A stretch of DNA of 10,151 nucleotides from Micromonosporaceae bacterium (lineage in GTDB: Bacteria > Actinomycetota > Actinomycetes > Mycobacteriales > Micromonosporaceae), in contig JBOGDE010000212.1 in NCBI GenBank assembly GCA_050701695.1, forward strand, positions 1 through 10,151, written 5' to 3'. Both the position numbers and the translations under genes were made by a program. Of this stretch, positions 1 through 6,513 are shown in pieces; the first letter of the stretch is position 1; the number at the start of each line of letters is the position of its first letter. The notes below the pieces were generated by a model. That model worked only from the letters and a program-made list of their open reading frames with translations. It had not been told where the DNA came from and made no database searches.

Positions 1-300
1 GCTCCGTTGCTGGCGGCGGTCGCCCCGTCACCGGCCGGCAGCGCACCCGCACCCGGGTCGGTGTCGTACGCGATGATCGGCGAACCCACCTCGACGGTGG
101 CGCCCTCGTCGTGGAACAGCGCGGTGACCACACCGGAGTACGGGGACGGGATCTCCACCGCCGCCTTCGCGGTCTCCACCTCGACGATCGGCTGGTTGAG
201 CTTCACCTCGTCGCCGACCTTCACCATCCAGGAGAGGATCTCGCCCTCGGTGAGCCCCTCCCCGAGGTCCGGCAGCTTGAACTCCTTGATCCGAGACATG
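1..300 (-). CDS. Dihydrolipoamide acyltransferase (E2) of a 2-oxo-acid dehydrogenase complex; N-terminal lipoyl domain only, 3' end outside the window
   Basis: Hand translation of the minus strand from the ATG at 300..298 gives [83 protein letters not shown]... This is a canonical lipoyl domain with the lipoyl-lysine motif VETAKA. A GAGGAG RBS sits 6-11 nt upstream (reverse complement of 305-320). The gene lies 7 bp downstream of the E1-beta stop, which is operon context. The + strand ORF 7..318 in the track is antisense noise. Confidence 0.85.
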
Positions 301-307
301 CCGCTCC

Positions 308-1291
308 TCAGAAGGTGAACGTACGGTCGGCGGCGTCGAGCACCCGGTCCAGATCCGGCAGGTACTCCTCTTCGATCCGGGCCGGTGGGTACGGCACGTC
401 GAAGCCCGTCACCCGCATCACCGGCGCTTCGAGGGAGTAGAAGCACTCCTCGGCCACCCGCGCCGCGATCTCACCGCCGATACCGCCGGAGAGGGCAGCC
501 TCGTGCACGATCACCAGCCGGCCGGTACGGCGCACCGACTCGTACACCGGGCCGAGGTCCAGGGGTGCGATGGAGCGCAGGTCGATCACTTCGAGCGACC
601 GGCCGCCGTCATCCTCGGAGGCGGCGGTGGCGGCGTCGACCGCGACCCGCACCATCGGGCCGTACCCGACCACGGTGCAGTCGGTGCCCTCGCGCAGCAG
701 CACCGAGCGGTGCAGCGGGACCGGGGTCGCGGCCGTGTCGACCTCGCCCTTCTCCCAGTAGCGGCGCTTCGGCTCCATGAAGACGATCGGGTCGTCGCTG
801 GCGATCGCCTGCTGGATCATCCAGTACGCGTCCTGCGGATTCGAGCAGGAGACGACCTTCAGCCCGGGGGTGTGGGCGAAGTACGCCTCCGGCGACTCGG
901 AGTGGTGCTCCACCGCGCCGATGCCGCCGCCGAACGGGATCCGGATCACCACGGGCAGCGCGATCCGGCCACCCGAGCGGGTGTACATCTTCGCCAGCTG
1001 CGTGACGATCTGGTCGAACGCGGGGAACACGAACCCGTCGAACTGGATCTCGCAGACCGGGCGGTAGCCGCGCAGCGCGAGGCCGATCGCCGTACCGACG
1101 ATGCCGGATTCGGCGAGCGGGGTGTCGATCACCCGGTCCTCGCCGAAGTCCTTCTGCAGCCCGTCGGTGATCCGGAAGACACCGCCCAGCTTGCCGATGT
1201 CCTCACCCATCAGGACGACCTTGGAGTCGTCCTCCATCGCGCGGCGCAGGCCCGAGTTGAGGGCCTTGCCGATCGTCATGGTCTCGGCCAT
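308..1291 (-). CDS. 2-oxo-acid (branched-chain/pyruvate-type) dehydrogenase E1 component beta subunit
   Basis: The 327-aa ORF is [22 protein letters not shown]...[14 protein letters not shown]...APLD. It has the transketolase-like pyrimidine-binding and C-terminal domains typical of E1-beta. Its start ATG (1291..1289) overlaps the E1-alpha stop TGA (1293..1291) as ATGA. I cannot separate Bkd from Pdh/acetoin specificity from the sequence alone. Confidence 0.9.
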   Translation of the reverse strand: MAETMTIGKALNSGLRRAMEDDSKVVLMGEDIGKLGGVFRITDGLQKDFGEDRVIDTPLAESGIVGTAIGLALRGYRPVCEIQFDGFVFPAFDQIVTQLAKMYTRSGGRIALPVVIRIPFGGGIGAVEHHSESPEAYFAHTPGLKVVSCSNPQDAYWMIQQAIASDDPIVFMEPKRRYWEKGEVDTAATPVPLHRSVLLREGTDCTVVGYGPMVRVAVDAATAASEDDGGRSLEVIDLRSIAPLDLGPVYESVRRTGRLVIVHEAALSGGIGGEIAARVAEECFYSLEAPVMRVTGFDVPYPPARIEEEYLPDLDRVLDAADRTFTF

Positions 1292-2466
1292 CAGTGGTCA
1301 CTCCCCTCGAAGCCCGCGTGGTAGTTCACGAACTGCTCCCGCTGGCCGGCCAGGATCGGCGAGCCGGTCGGGTAGACGTTGTCGAACATCGACTCCGGCT
1401 TCGGGTCCGGCAGCGCCAGCACCCGTTCTCGCAGGTCGACAGCGAGCGCGTCCGCCTCGGACTCCAGCTCCTGGTAGAAGCTGTCGTCGGCGACCTTGTG
1501 GTTGTCCAGGAACCGGCGTACCCGCAGGATCGGGTCCTTGGCCTGCCACGCCTCGACCTCGCTGGAGATCCGGTAGCGGGTCGGGTCGTCGGAGGTGGTG
1601 TGGGCACCCATCCGGTAGGTGTACGCCTCGATCAGGCTCGGCCCCTCGCCGGCGCGGGCGGCGTCCAGCGCCCGCTTGGTCACCGCGTAGGAGGCGAGTA
1701 CGTCGTTGCCGTCGACCCGGGTGCCGGGGAAGCCGTACCCGTTGGCCCGCTGGTAGATCGGGGCCCGGGCCTGGCGCTCGACCGGCTCGGAGATGGCGTA
1801 CTGGTTGTTCTGGCAGAAGAAGACCATCGGGGCGTTGAACACCGACGCCCAGACGAACGACTCGTTGACGTCGCCCTCACTGGTGGCGCCGTCGCCGAAG
1901 TACGCGATGACCGCCTCGCTGTCCTCGGAGCCGACCTTGCCGTCCTTGGCGATGCCCATCGCGTACCCGGTGGCGTGCAGGGTCTGCGCCCCGATCACCA
2001 CGGTGTACATCTGCATCTTGGCCTCGCGGGAGTCCCAGCCGCCGAAGTCGACGCCCCGGAACAGCCCGAGCGGCATGATCGGGTCGATCCCGCGGCACCA
2101 CAGCACCCCGTGCTCGCGGTACGTCGGGAACGCCATGTCCTGCGGCTGCAGCGCGCGCCCGGAGCCGATCTGCGCCGCCTCCTGGCCGAGCAGGCTGGCC
2201 CAGATGCCCAGCTCGCCCTGCCGCTGCAGCGCGGTCGCCTCGGCGTCGAGCCGCCGTACGATGACCAGGTCGCGGTACAGGCCGCGGTACTCCTCGTCGG
2301 TGAAGTCGACCGAGTACTCCGGGTGCTCGACGCGTTCGCCGTCGGGGGTCAGCAACTGGACGAAGTCGGGCTCGCTGCTGCGCGCCTTGCTGCGGGTGCC
2401 TCGCTTGGAGGCCGCGGGTCGGGTGCCCGCGCTGCTCCTGCTGCGGGCGACGTTGGCCTTCGCCAT
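1291..2466 (-). CDS. 2-oxo-acid dehydrogenase E1 component alpha subunit (TPP-dependent)
   Basis: The ORF contains the TPP-binding region ...YFGDGATSEGDVNESFVWASVFNAPMVFFCQNNQYAIS... and the phosphorylation-loop-like YRMGAHTTSDDP. I chose the ATG at 2466..2464 (MAKANVARSRSS...) as start because AAGGAGAG (reverse complement of 2469-2476) sits 5-6 nt upstream. The ORF track extends to 2724, but that R-rich N-terminal extension has no RBS and non-protein-like composition. The basic S/R/K-rich N-terminus is typical of actinomycete BkdA/PdhA-type E1-alpha. Confidence 0.85.
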   Translation of the reverse strand: MAKANVARSRSSAGTRPAASKRGTRSKARSSEPDFVQLLTPDGERVEHPEYSVDFTDEEYRGLYRDLVIVRRLDAEATALQRQGELGIWASLLGQEAAQIGSGRALQPQDMAFPTYREHGVLWCRGIDPIMPLGLFRGVDFGGWDSREAKMQMYTVVIGAQTLHATGYAMGIAKDGKVGSEDSEAVIAYFGDGATSEGDVNESFVWASVFNAPMVFFCQNNQYAISEPVERQARAPIYQRANGYGFPGTRVDGNDVLASYAVTKRALDAARAGEGPSLIEAYTYRMGAHTTSDDPTRYRISSEVEAWQAKDPILRVRRFLDNHKVADDSFYQELESEADALAVDLRERVLALPDPKPESMFDNVYPTGSPILAGQREQFVNYHAGFEGSDH

Positions 2467-2934
2467 CCTCTCTCCTTCTTCTCGCCAGTCGACGCGGGGT
2501 CGCCGCGCCACACTGCGGTGCGGCAGCCGTACCTCGTCCGGTTTGGAGAGGCCTACGGCGGTACGGGGATCCGCGGTGCCGGGTCGAGTGAGATCAGACA
2601 ACACGCTGACCGCCCGGCGGGCACGGACCTCCGCATCGGCGGTGAGGCGCGCAGCGGAAATCGCCGGGCGGCCCCGTTGCCGACGTACCAAGCATCGCAT
2701 GTGGGTGAGCCCAGCCACAGTCACGGGTCGATGAAGCGACCCTCCATCTCCCCCTGCGGCTGCGTGCCGTCCGGGAGGGAAGCGTTTTCCCGAAGCCGGG
2801 CGGCGCGAGCCCTCACAACTTTGGCAGGGCTCACTTATGGGAGAAATCCCTCGCTAGTCCCTCAAATCTTCCGCAATGAGGTCGCGCTCTGTGGGCCTTG
2901 CCGTCACTCTGGATAAGGACCGAACGGAGGTGCG
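2467..2934. promoter_or_regulatory. Divergent non-coding region, expected to hold the promoter and 5' UTR of the dehydrogenase operon (minus) and the promoter of the 2935 gene (plus)
   Basis: This is ~470 bp with no credible ORF on either strand. Segment 2800-2930 is distinctly less GC-rich than its surroundings: TTGGCAGGGCTCACTTATGGGAGAAATCCCTCGCTAGTCCCTCAAATCTTCCGCAATGAGG. It carries a -35-like TTGGCA at 2821-2826. I could not place exact -10 elements or a TSS with confidence. Confidence 0.3.
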
Positions 2935-3714
2935 ATGCGCCGGAGTGGTACCAGGAGGGACCTCGAGGTGGTACTCGAGGCCGTCGACCAGGCGCACCAC
3001 AGGGCGGCGGGAGACGATGCCCCGGCCGCCCCCATCGTCCTGCCCCCTCACCGGGTGCCGGTCGCGGGGGAACCCCCTGAAGCTGCCGCGTCCCTGGATG
3101 CGTCACGCGGCAGCTTCGCCCACCACGCGGCCGGCACCCCCGGTCACCGGGCCGGCGGGGTGCTGGGCTGGATTTCGGCGCACACCCAGCTGGTGGTGAT
3201 CGCGGCGTTGGTGGTGATCGCGTCGGTCGCCACCGGCATGGTGGTGACCCACGGCGCGCGACAGCTCGACGTCGCGCCGCGGGACGGCACCACGCCGTAC
3301 CTCGCGGTCGCCCCGAGCGGTCCGGTGCGGCCGCCGGCAAAGCCGGCGCCGGTGTCCGGCCAGCCGGAGGCCGACACCGCGGTACCCGCACCGCCTCCCG
3401 CCGCGCCGAATCCCACGCGGCCCACCGGTCAGCCGGAGGCGGCGGTGCCGGCCGTACCCCCAGGGGCCGACGGGTCGCCCGAGGTGGGTAGGTCGCCCGA
3501 GGTGGGTGAGGTGCCGCCGGTGCCCGAGCCCGACGATTCGGTGACCGAGCCGCCGGCGATGCCCACGCCGCCCGGCTGGTGGTGCCCCGCCGGCATGAAG
3601 CGGTACTTCGGACAGTGCGTGGTGCGCGTACCCCGGCTCCCCACGCCCCAGTTCCCGACACCGCGGCCACCGCCGCCGCCGGAGCCCGACGTGTCAGGAG
3701 TCTGGCCGCAGTAG
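2935..3714 (+). CDS. Proline-rich single-pass membrane protein with a C-terminal Cys pair (anti-sigma-factor-like architecture; function unknown)
   Basis: The start ATG at 2935 is preceded by GGAGG (2924-2928). The product has an ~80-aa basic N-terminal segment, then one hydrophobic helix (LGWISAHTQLVVIAALVVIASVATGMVV), then a ~140-aa Pro/Ala/Glu-rich low-complexity region. That region contains internal repeats: GQPEA x2, and GSPEVG/RSPEVG encoded by an 18-bp tandem duplication at 3473-3508. It ends WWCPAGMKRYFGQCVVRVP plus a PPPPEP tail. Coding is supported by third-position GC bias and the RBS. The low-complexity content lowers confidence. Confidence 0.6.
   Translation: MRRSGTRRDLEVVLEAVDQAHHRAAGDDAPAAPIVLPPHRVPVAGEPPEAAASLDASRGSFAHHAAGTPGHRAGGVLGWISAHTQLVVIAALVVIASVATGMVVTHGARQLDVAPRDGTTPYLAVAPSGPVRPPAKPAPVSGQPEADTAVPAPPPAAPNPTRPTGQPEAAVPAVPPGADGSPEVGRSPEVGEVPPVPEPDDSVTEPPAMPTPPGWWCPAGMKRYFGQCVVRVPRLPTPQFPTPRPPPPPEPDVSGVWPQ
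3473..3508 (+). repeat. 18-bp tandem direct repeat x2 (GGTCGCCCGAGGTGGGTA / GGTCGCCCGAGGTGGGTG) inside the Pro-rich gene
   Basis: 17 of 18 positions are identical. The repeat encodes the GSPEVG-RSPEVG duplication. Confidence 0.8.
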
Positions 3715-4374
3715 GGGCGGGTGCAGCCGGGTCGCCTGGCCCCGGCGGAACAGCTGGGCCGGACGTCCCCGGTCCCCGGTCGCGGTCTGGTCGGTCGCGA
3801 TCACGAAACCCGGGGTACCGGTCACCTTGCGGTGGAAGTTGCGGGGATCCAGCGGTACGCCCCAGACGACCTCGTACACCCGGCGGAGCTGGCCGACCGT
3901 GAACGCGGCCGGGCAGAACGCGGCGGCGAGCGGGGTGTACTCCAGCTTGGCGCGGGCGCGCTCCACGCCGTCGGTGAGGATCCGGTGGTGGTCGAAGGCG
4001 AGGCGGGTGCGGGTCAGGTCGGCGACGGGTCGCCACCGCGCCTCGGCGGCGTCGGAGCCGGCGGTCGGGGCGGGCAGGTCGGGCAGCAGCGCGAGGTACG
4101 CCACGGTGACCACCCGCATCCGTGGATCCCGCTCCGGGGCGCCGTAGCTGGCGAGCTGCTCCAGATGGCCGGCCTCGGCGCCGATCCCGGTCTCCTCGGC
4201 CAGCTCGCGCGCGGCCGCGTCGGGCAGGTCCTCGTCCGGTAGCACGAAGCCGCCGGGCAGCGCCCACTTCCCTTGGTACGGGGGGATGCCGCGACGTACC
4301 AGCAGGGCTTGCAGAGCGTCGTCGCGGACCGTGAGCACCACCAGGTCGACGGTGACCGCTGTCTTTTTCGTCAT
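3694..4374 (-). CDS. Nudix hydrolase domain protein with C-terminal winged-helix domain (NrtR-family ADP-ribose-responsive transcriptional regulator-like)
   Basis: The 226-aa ORF is MTKKTAVTVDLVVLTVRDD... It carries a Nudix box, GGFVLPDEDLPDAAARELAEETGI, matching Gx5Ex7REuxEExGu. The C-terminal half (FTVGQLRRVYEVVWGVPLDPRNFHRKV...) resembles the NrtR wHTH domain. The ATG at 4374 is preceded by GGAGGTG, though with a longish ~11-nt spacer. The 3' end overlaps the convergent 2935-3714 gene by 21 bp. Confidence 0.82.
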   Translation of the reverse strand: MTKKTAVTVDLVVLTVRDDALQALLVRRGIPPYQGKWALPGGFVLPDEDLPDAAARELAEETGIGAEAGHLEQLASYGAPERDPRMRVVTVAYLALLPDLPAPTAGSDAAEARWRPVADLTRTRLAFDHHRILTDGVERARAKLEYTPLAAAFCPAAFTVGQLRRVYEVVWGVPLDPRNFHRKVTGTPGFVIATDQTATGDRGRPAQLFRRGQATRLHPPLLRPDS

Positions 4375-4399
4375 GTTGACGAGAACACCTCCGGCTGAT

Positions 4400-4418
4400 T
4401 ATCGTCACTGTGACGATA
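4400..4418. promoter_or_regulatory. Perfect 19-bp palindrome TATCGTCACTGTGACGATA; candidate operator (most plausibly for the adjacent NrtR-like regulator) within the divergent promoter region
   Basis: I verified every base pair of the inverted repeat around the centre at T4409. It sits in a relatively AT-rich island (about 4396-4423, roughly 43% GC in a ~70% GC background). The island fills most of the 63-bp gap between the divergent starts at 4374 (minus) and 4438 (plus). A plausible sigma70-type promoter for the + operon is -35 TTGACG at 4376-4381, an 18-bp spacer, then -10 TATCGT at 4400-4405 (TANNNT). That placement would put the palindrome over the -10 and TSS. Confidence 0.5.
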
Positions 4419-4437
4419 TAACACGGAGGACGGGATC

Positions 4438-5493
4438 ATGGCAGACATCACGAGGTTCCCGCCGGTACGGCACCTGCGCGGCGGTGCCACCAGCTGGGTA
4501 CGGCACATGTCCGGCGGCACGGTGCGCCACGAGGGCGTCGGGCTGGCGTTCTGGTTCTGGCCGCGCACTGCGGTGCTCTCCGAGGTGCCGATCGACGACC
4601 GGGAGCTGCCGCTGCTGTTCCACGCGCGTACCGCCGACTTCGCCGACATCACGGTGCAGGCGACCGTGACCTACCGGGTGGCCTCGCCGGAGCTGGCGGC
4701 GCAGCGGCTCGACTTCGGCATCCACCCCGCCTCCGGGCTGTGGACCGGTCAGCCGCTGGACCAGCTCGCCACCGTGCTCGCCGAGCTGGCGCAGCAGCCG
4801 GCGCTCGATCTGGTCGCCGGGCTCGGCCTCGCCGATGCGGTCGCCGCCGTCACCCCGGTACGTGAGGCGATCACCGCCGCACTCGCCGCCGATCCCCGGC
4901 TGGCCGAGGTCGGCGTCACCGTGGTCGGGGTACGGGTGGTGGCGATCCGGCCCGAGCCCGAGCTGGAGCGGGCGCTGCAGACACCGACCCGGGAAGGCGT
5001 ACAGGCCGAAGCGGACCGGGCCACGTACGCCCGCCGGGCGCAGGCCGTGCAGCGGGAACGGGCAATCGCCGAGAACGAGCTGCAGAACCAGATCGAGCTG
5101 GCCCGCCGGCAGGAGCAGCTGGTCGAGCAGCAGGGCGCCAACTCCCGCCGGGAAGCCGAGCTTCGGTCGGCGTCCGAACTGGTCAAGGCCCAGGGGGTCG
5201 CCGAACGCGACATGGTCGCCGCGCAGGGCGCCGCCGAGCGGGAACGGCTCACCTCCGAGGCGAAGGCGCACGCCAAGCGGGTGGTCGGCGCCGCCGCGGC
5301 CGAGGCCGAGCAGGCCTGGGTCGCCGCGTACGCCGACGTGCCGATGGCACTGATCGCTCGGGAGATCTCGGCCAAGCTGCCACAGATCGGCGCGCTCACC
5401 ATCACCCCCGACGTGGTCACCGCCCTGCTGGAGAAGCTCGCCACCGGGGTACCGGCTTCCGCTGGGGCACCGGCTCCCGGGAGCCAGCGATGA
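4438..5493 (+). CDS. SPFH/band-7 (stomatin/flotillin-like) domain protein, apparently lacking an N-terminal transmembrane segment, with a long C-terminal coiled-coil
   Basis: The 351-aa ORF has the band-7 signature ...FADITVQATVTYRV.... A Glu/Ala/Arg/Gln-rich helical region follows (ERAIAENELQNQIELARRQEQLVEQQGANSRREAELRS...), typical of SPFH C-terminal oligomerisation segments. A strong RBS, GGAGGA (4425-4430), lies 7 nt before the ATG. Confidence 0.85.
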   Translation: MADITRFPPVRHLRGGATSWVRHMSGGTVRHEGVGLAFWFWPRTAVLSEVPIDDRELPLLFHARTADFADITVQATVTYRVASPELAAQRLDFGIHPASGLWTGQPLDQLATVLAELAQQPALDLVAGLGLADAVAAVTPVREAITAALAADPRLAEVGVTVVGVRVVAIRPEPELERALQTPTREGVQAEADRATYARRAQAVQRERAIAENELQNQIELARRQEQLVEQQGANSRREAELRSASELVKAQGVAERDMVAAQGAAERERLTSEAKAHAKRVVGAAAAEAEQAWVAAYADVPMALIAREISAKLPQIGALTITPDVVTALLEKLATGVPASAGAPAPGSQR

Positions 5494-5567
5494 GCGAGCT
5501 TGCGAGCGAATTGTCGGCACAGTGCCTGCGCGAAGCGCCGCCCGAGCGAAGCGAGGGTGTGCGGTGA
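5490..5567 (+). CDS. Possible 25-codon micro-ORF (MSELASELSAQCLREAPPERSEGVR) bridging the SPFH and kinase genes
   Basis: The ATG at 5490 overlaps the SPFH stop as ATGA (5490-5493). The TGA at 5565-5567 overlaps the downstream GTG start as GTGA (5564-5567). This could be chance. It has no RBS of its own. It is purely an observation from the sequence. Confidence 0.2.
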   Translation: MSELASELSAQCLREAPPERSEGVR

Positions 5568-6487
5568 GTCTGCTGCCCCGGGTGGTGGTGGTCCACCGCC
5601 GCAGTGAGTACGACGAGCTGCTCGCCCGGCACGGCACGCCGGGCGCAGCGGCGTACTTCCTGAGGCAGCGGGGGCGTTCGCTCGACGACGTGACCGTCCG
5701 GCACGAGGCGTTGACGGAGGCGCTGGCGGCGGTGGCGGCGGCCGTACCGGCGGACTGGCGGCGCGGATCGGTGCGGCGCGAGGACCTGCCCCGGTTCCTG
5801 TTCGGGCCCGAAGACATCGTGGTGACCGTCGGCCAGGACGGGCTGGTCGCCAACGTCGCGAAGTATCTCGACGGGCAGCCGGTGGTCGGTGTCGACCCGG
5901 AGTCCGGCCGCAACCCCGGCGTGCTGGCCCGGCACGCCGCCGGCGCGGTCGGCGAGCTGCTGCGCGCGGTCGCCGCCGGGAGTGCCGAGACGCAGCAGCG
6001 CACCATGGTCGAGGCCGAGCTGGACGACGGCCAGACCCTGTACGGCCTCAACGAGATCTACGTCGGTCACGCCGGCCACCAGTCGGCCCGGTACGTCGTG
6101 TCTGTAGCGGGGACTGCCGCTCGCACCGTGGGTCGTACGGGGGCCACGCGGCGCGAGCGGCAGTCCTCCTCCGGGATCGTGATCGGGACCGGCACCGGCG
6201 CCACCGGCTGGTGCGCCTCGATCGCGGGCGAGCGCGCGACGCCGCCCGCGCTGCCGGCACCCGGGGCCGCCACACTGTGCTGGTTCGTACGGGAGGCCTG
6301 GCCCTCGCCGGTCACCGGCACCAGCCTGACCGGCGGCGTGCTGGCCGAGGGGGAGTCGCTGGAGGTGGCCTGCGAGAGCGAACGGCTGGTGGCGTTCGCC
6401 GACGGGCTGGAAGCCGATCATCTGGCGCTCACCTGGGGTCAGCGGCTCACCGTACGGGTCTCCTCCCGCCGGCTCAACCTGGTCTGA
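5564..6487 (+). CDS. Atypical ATP-NAD kinase-fold protein (NAD kinase / diacylglycerol-kinase catalytic superfamily), non-canonical GQDG in place of GGDG
   Basis: The product carries VVTVGQDGLVANVAKYL (compare NAD kinase GGDGT[LM]L), YGLNEIYVGH (compare the NE[VI] motif) and SGIVIGTGTGATGWCASIAGE (compare DG...STPTGSTAYSLSAGGP). I chose the GTG at 5564 because GAGGG sits 6 nt upstream. An in-frame GTG at 5522, the ORF-track start, is the alternative. The gene lies in the same operon as the SPFH gene. Confidence 0.72.
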   Translation: MSLLPRVVVVHRRSEYDELLARHGTPGAAAYFLRQRGRSLDDVTVRHEALTEALAAVAAAVPADWRRGSVRREDLPRFLFGPEDIVVTVGQDGLVANVAKYLDGQPVVGVDPESGRNPGVLARHAAGAVGELLRAVAAGSAETQQRTMVEAELDDGQTLYGLNEIYVGHAGHQSARYVVSVAGTAARTVGRTGATRRERQSSSGIVIGTGTGATGWCASIAGERATPPALPAPGAATLCWFVREAWPSPVTGTSLTGGVLAEGESLEVACESERLVAFADGLEADHLALTWGQRLTVRVSSRRLNLV

Positions 6488-6513
6488 GCGCGGCACGCGG
6501 ACCCGCACGCAGG

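Noticed and set aside
2610-2671. 10-bp inverted repeat CCGCCCGGCG...CGCCGGGCGG with a 42-nt spacer
   Set aside because: Short GC-only inverted repeats occur frequently by chance in ~70% GC DNA. I mention it only as a possible leader structure, not as a feature.
2467-2724. N-terminal 86-aa extension of the E1-alpha ORF to the ATG at 2724
   Set aside because: A strong RBS precedes the internal ATG at 2466. The extension has R-rich non-protein composition and lies in what is more likely the 5' UTR.
1294-2916. 540-aa + strand ORF, and the 1793..2734 + and 1101..1838 + ORFs, antisense to the dehydrogenase genes
   Set aside because: The products are Arg/Pro/Gly-rich with no protein-like pattern. 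They are typical GC-driven antisense ORFs opposite genes with strong homology-supported frames.
2831-4408. 525-aa minus-strand ORF spanning the Pro-rich and Nudix genes
   Set aside because: It runs across two independently supported genes in other frames. The translation is R/P/G/A low-complexity. I treat it as an artefact of high GC.
4405-6508. Long minus-strand ORFs (548 aa, 363 aa, 231 aa) antisense to the SPFH and kinase genes
   Set aside because: They have no RBS or domain signatures. The sense-strand genes have clear family motifs, so these are GC artefacts.
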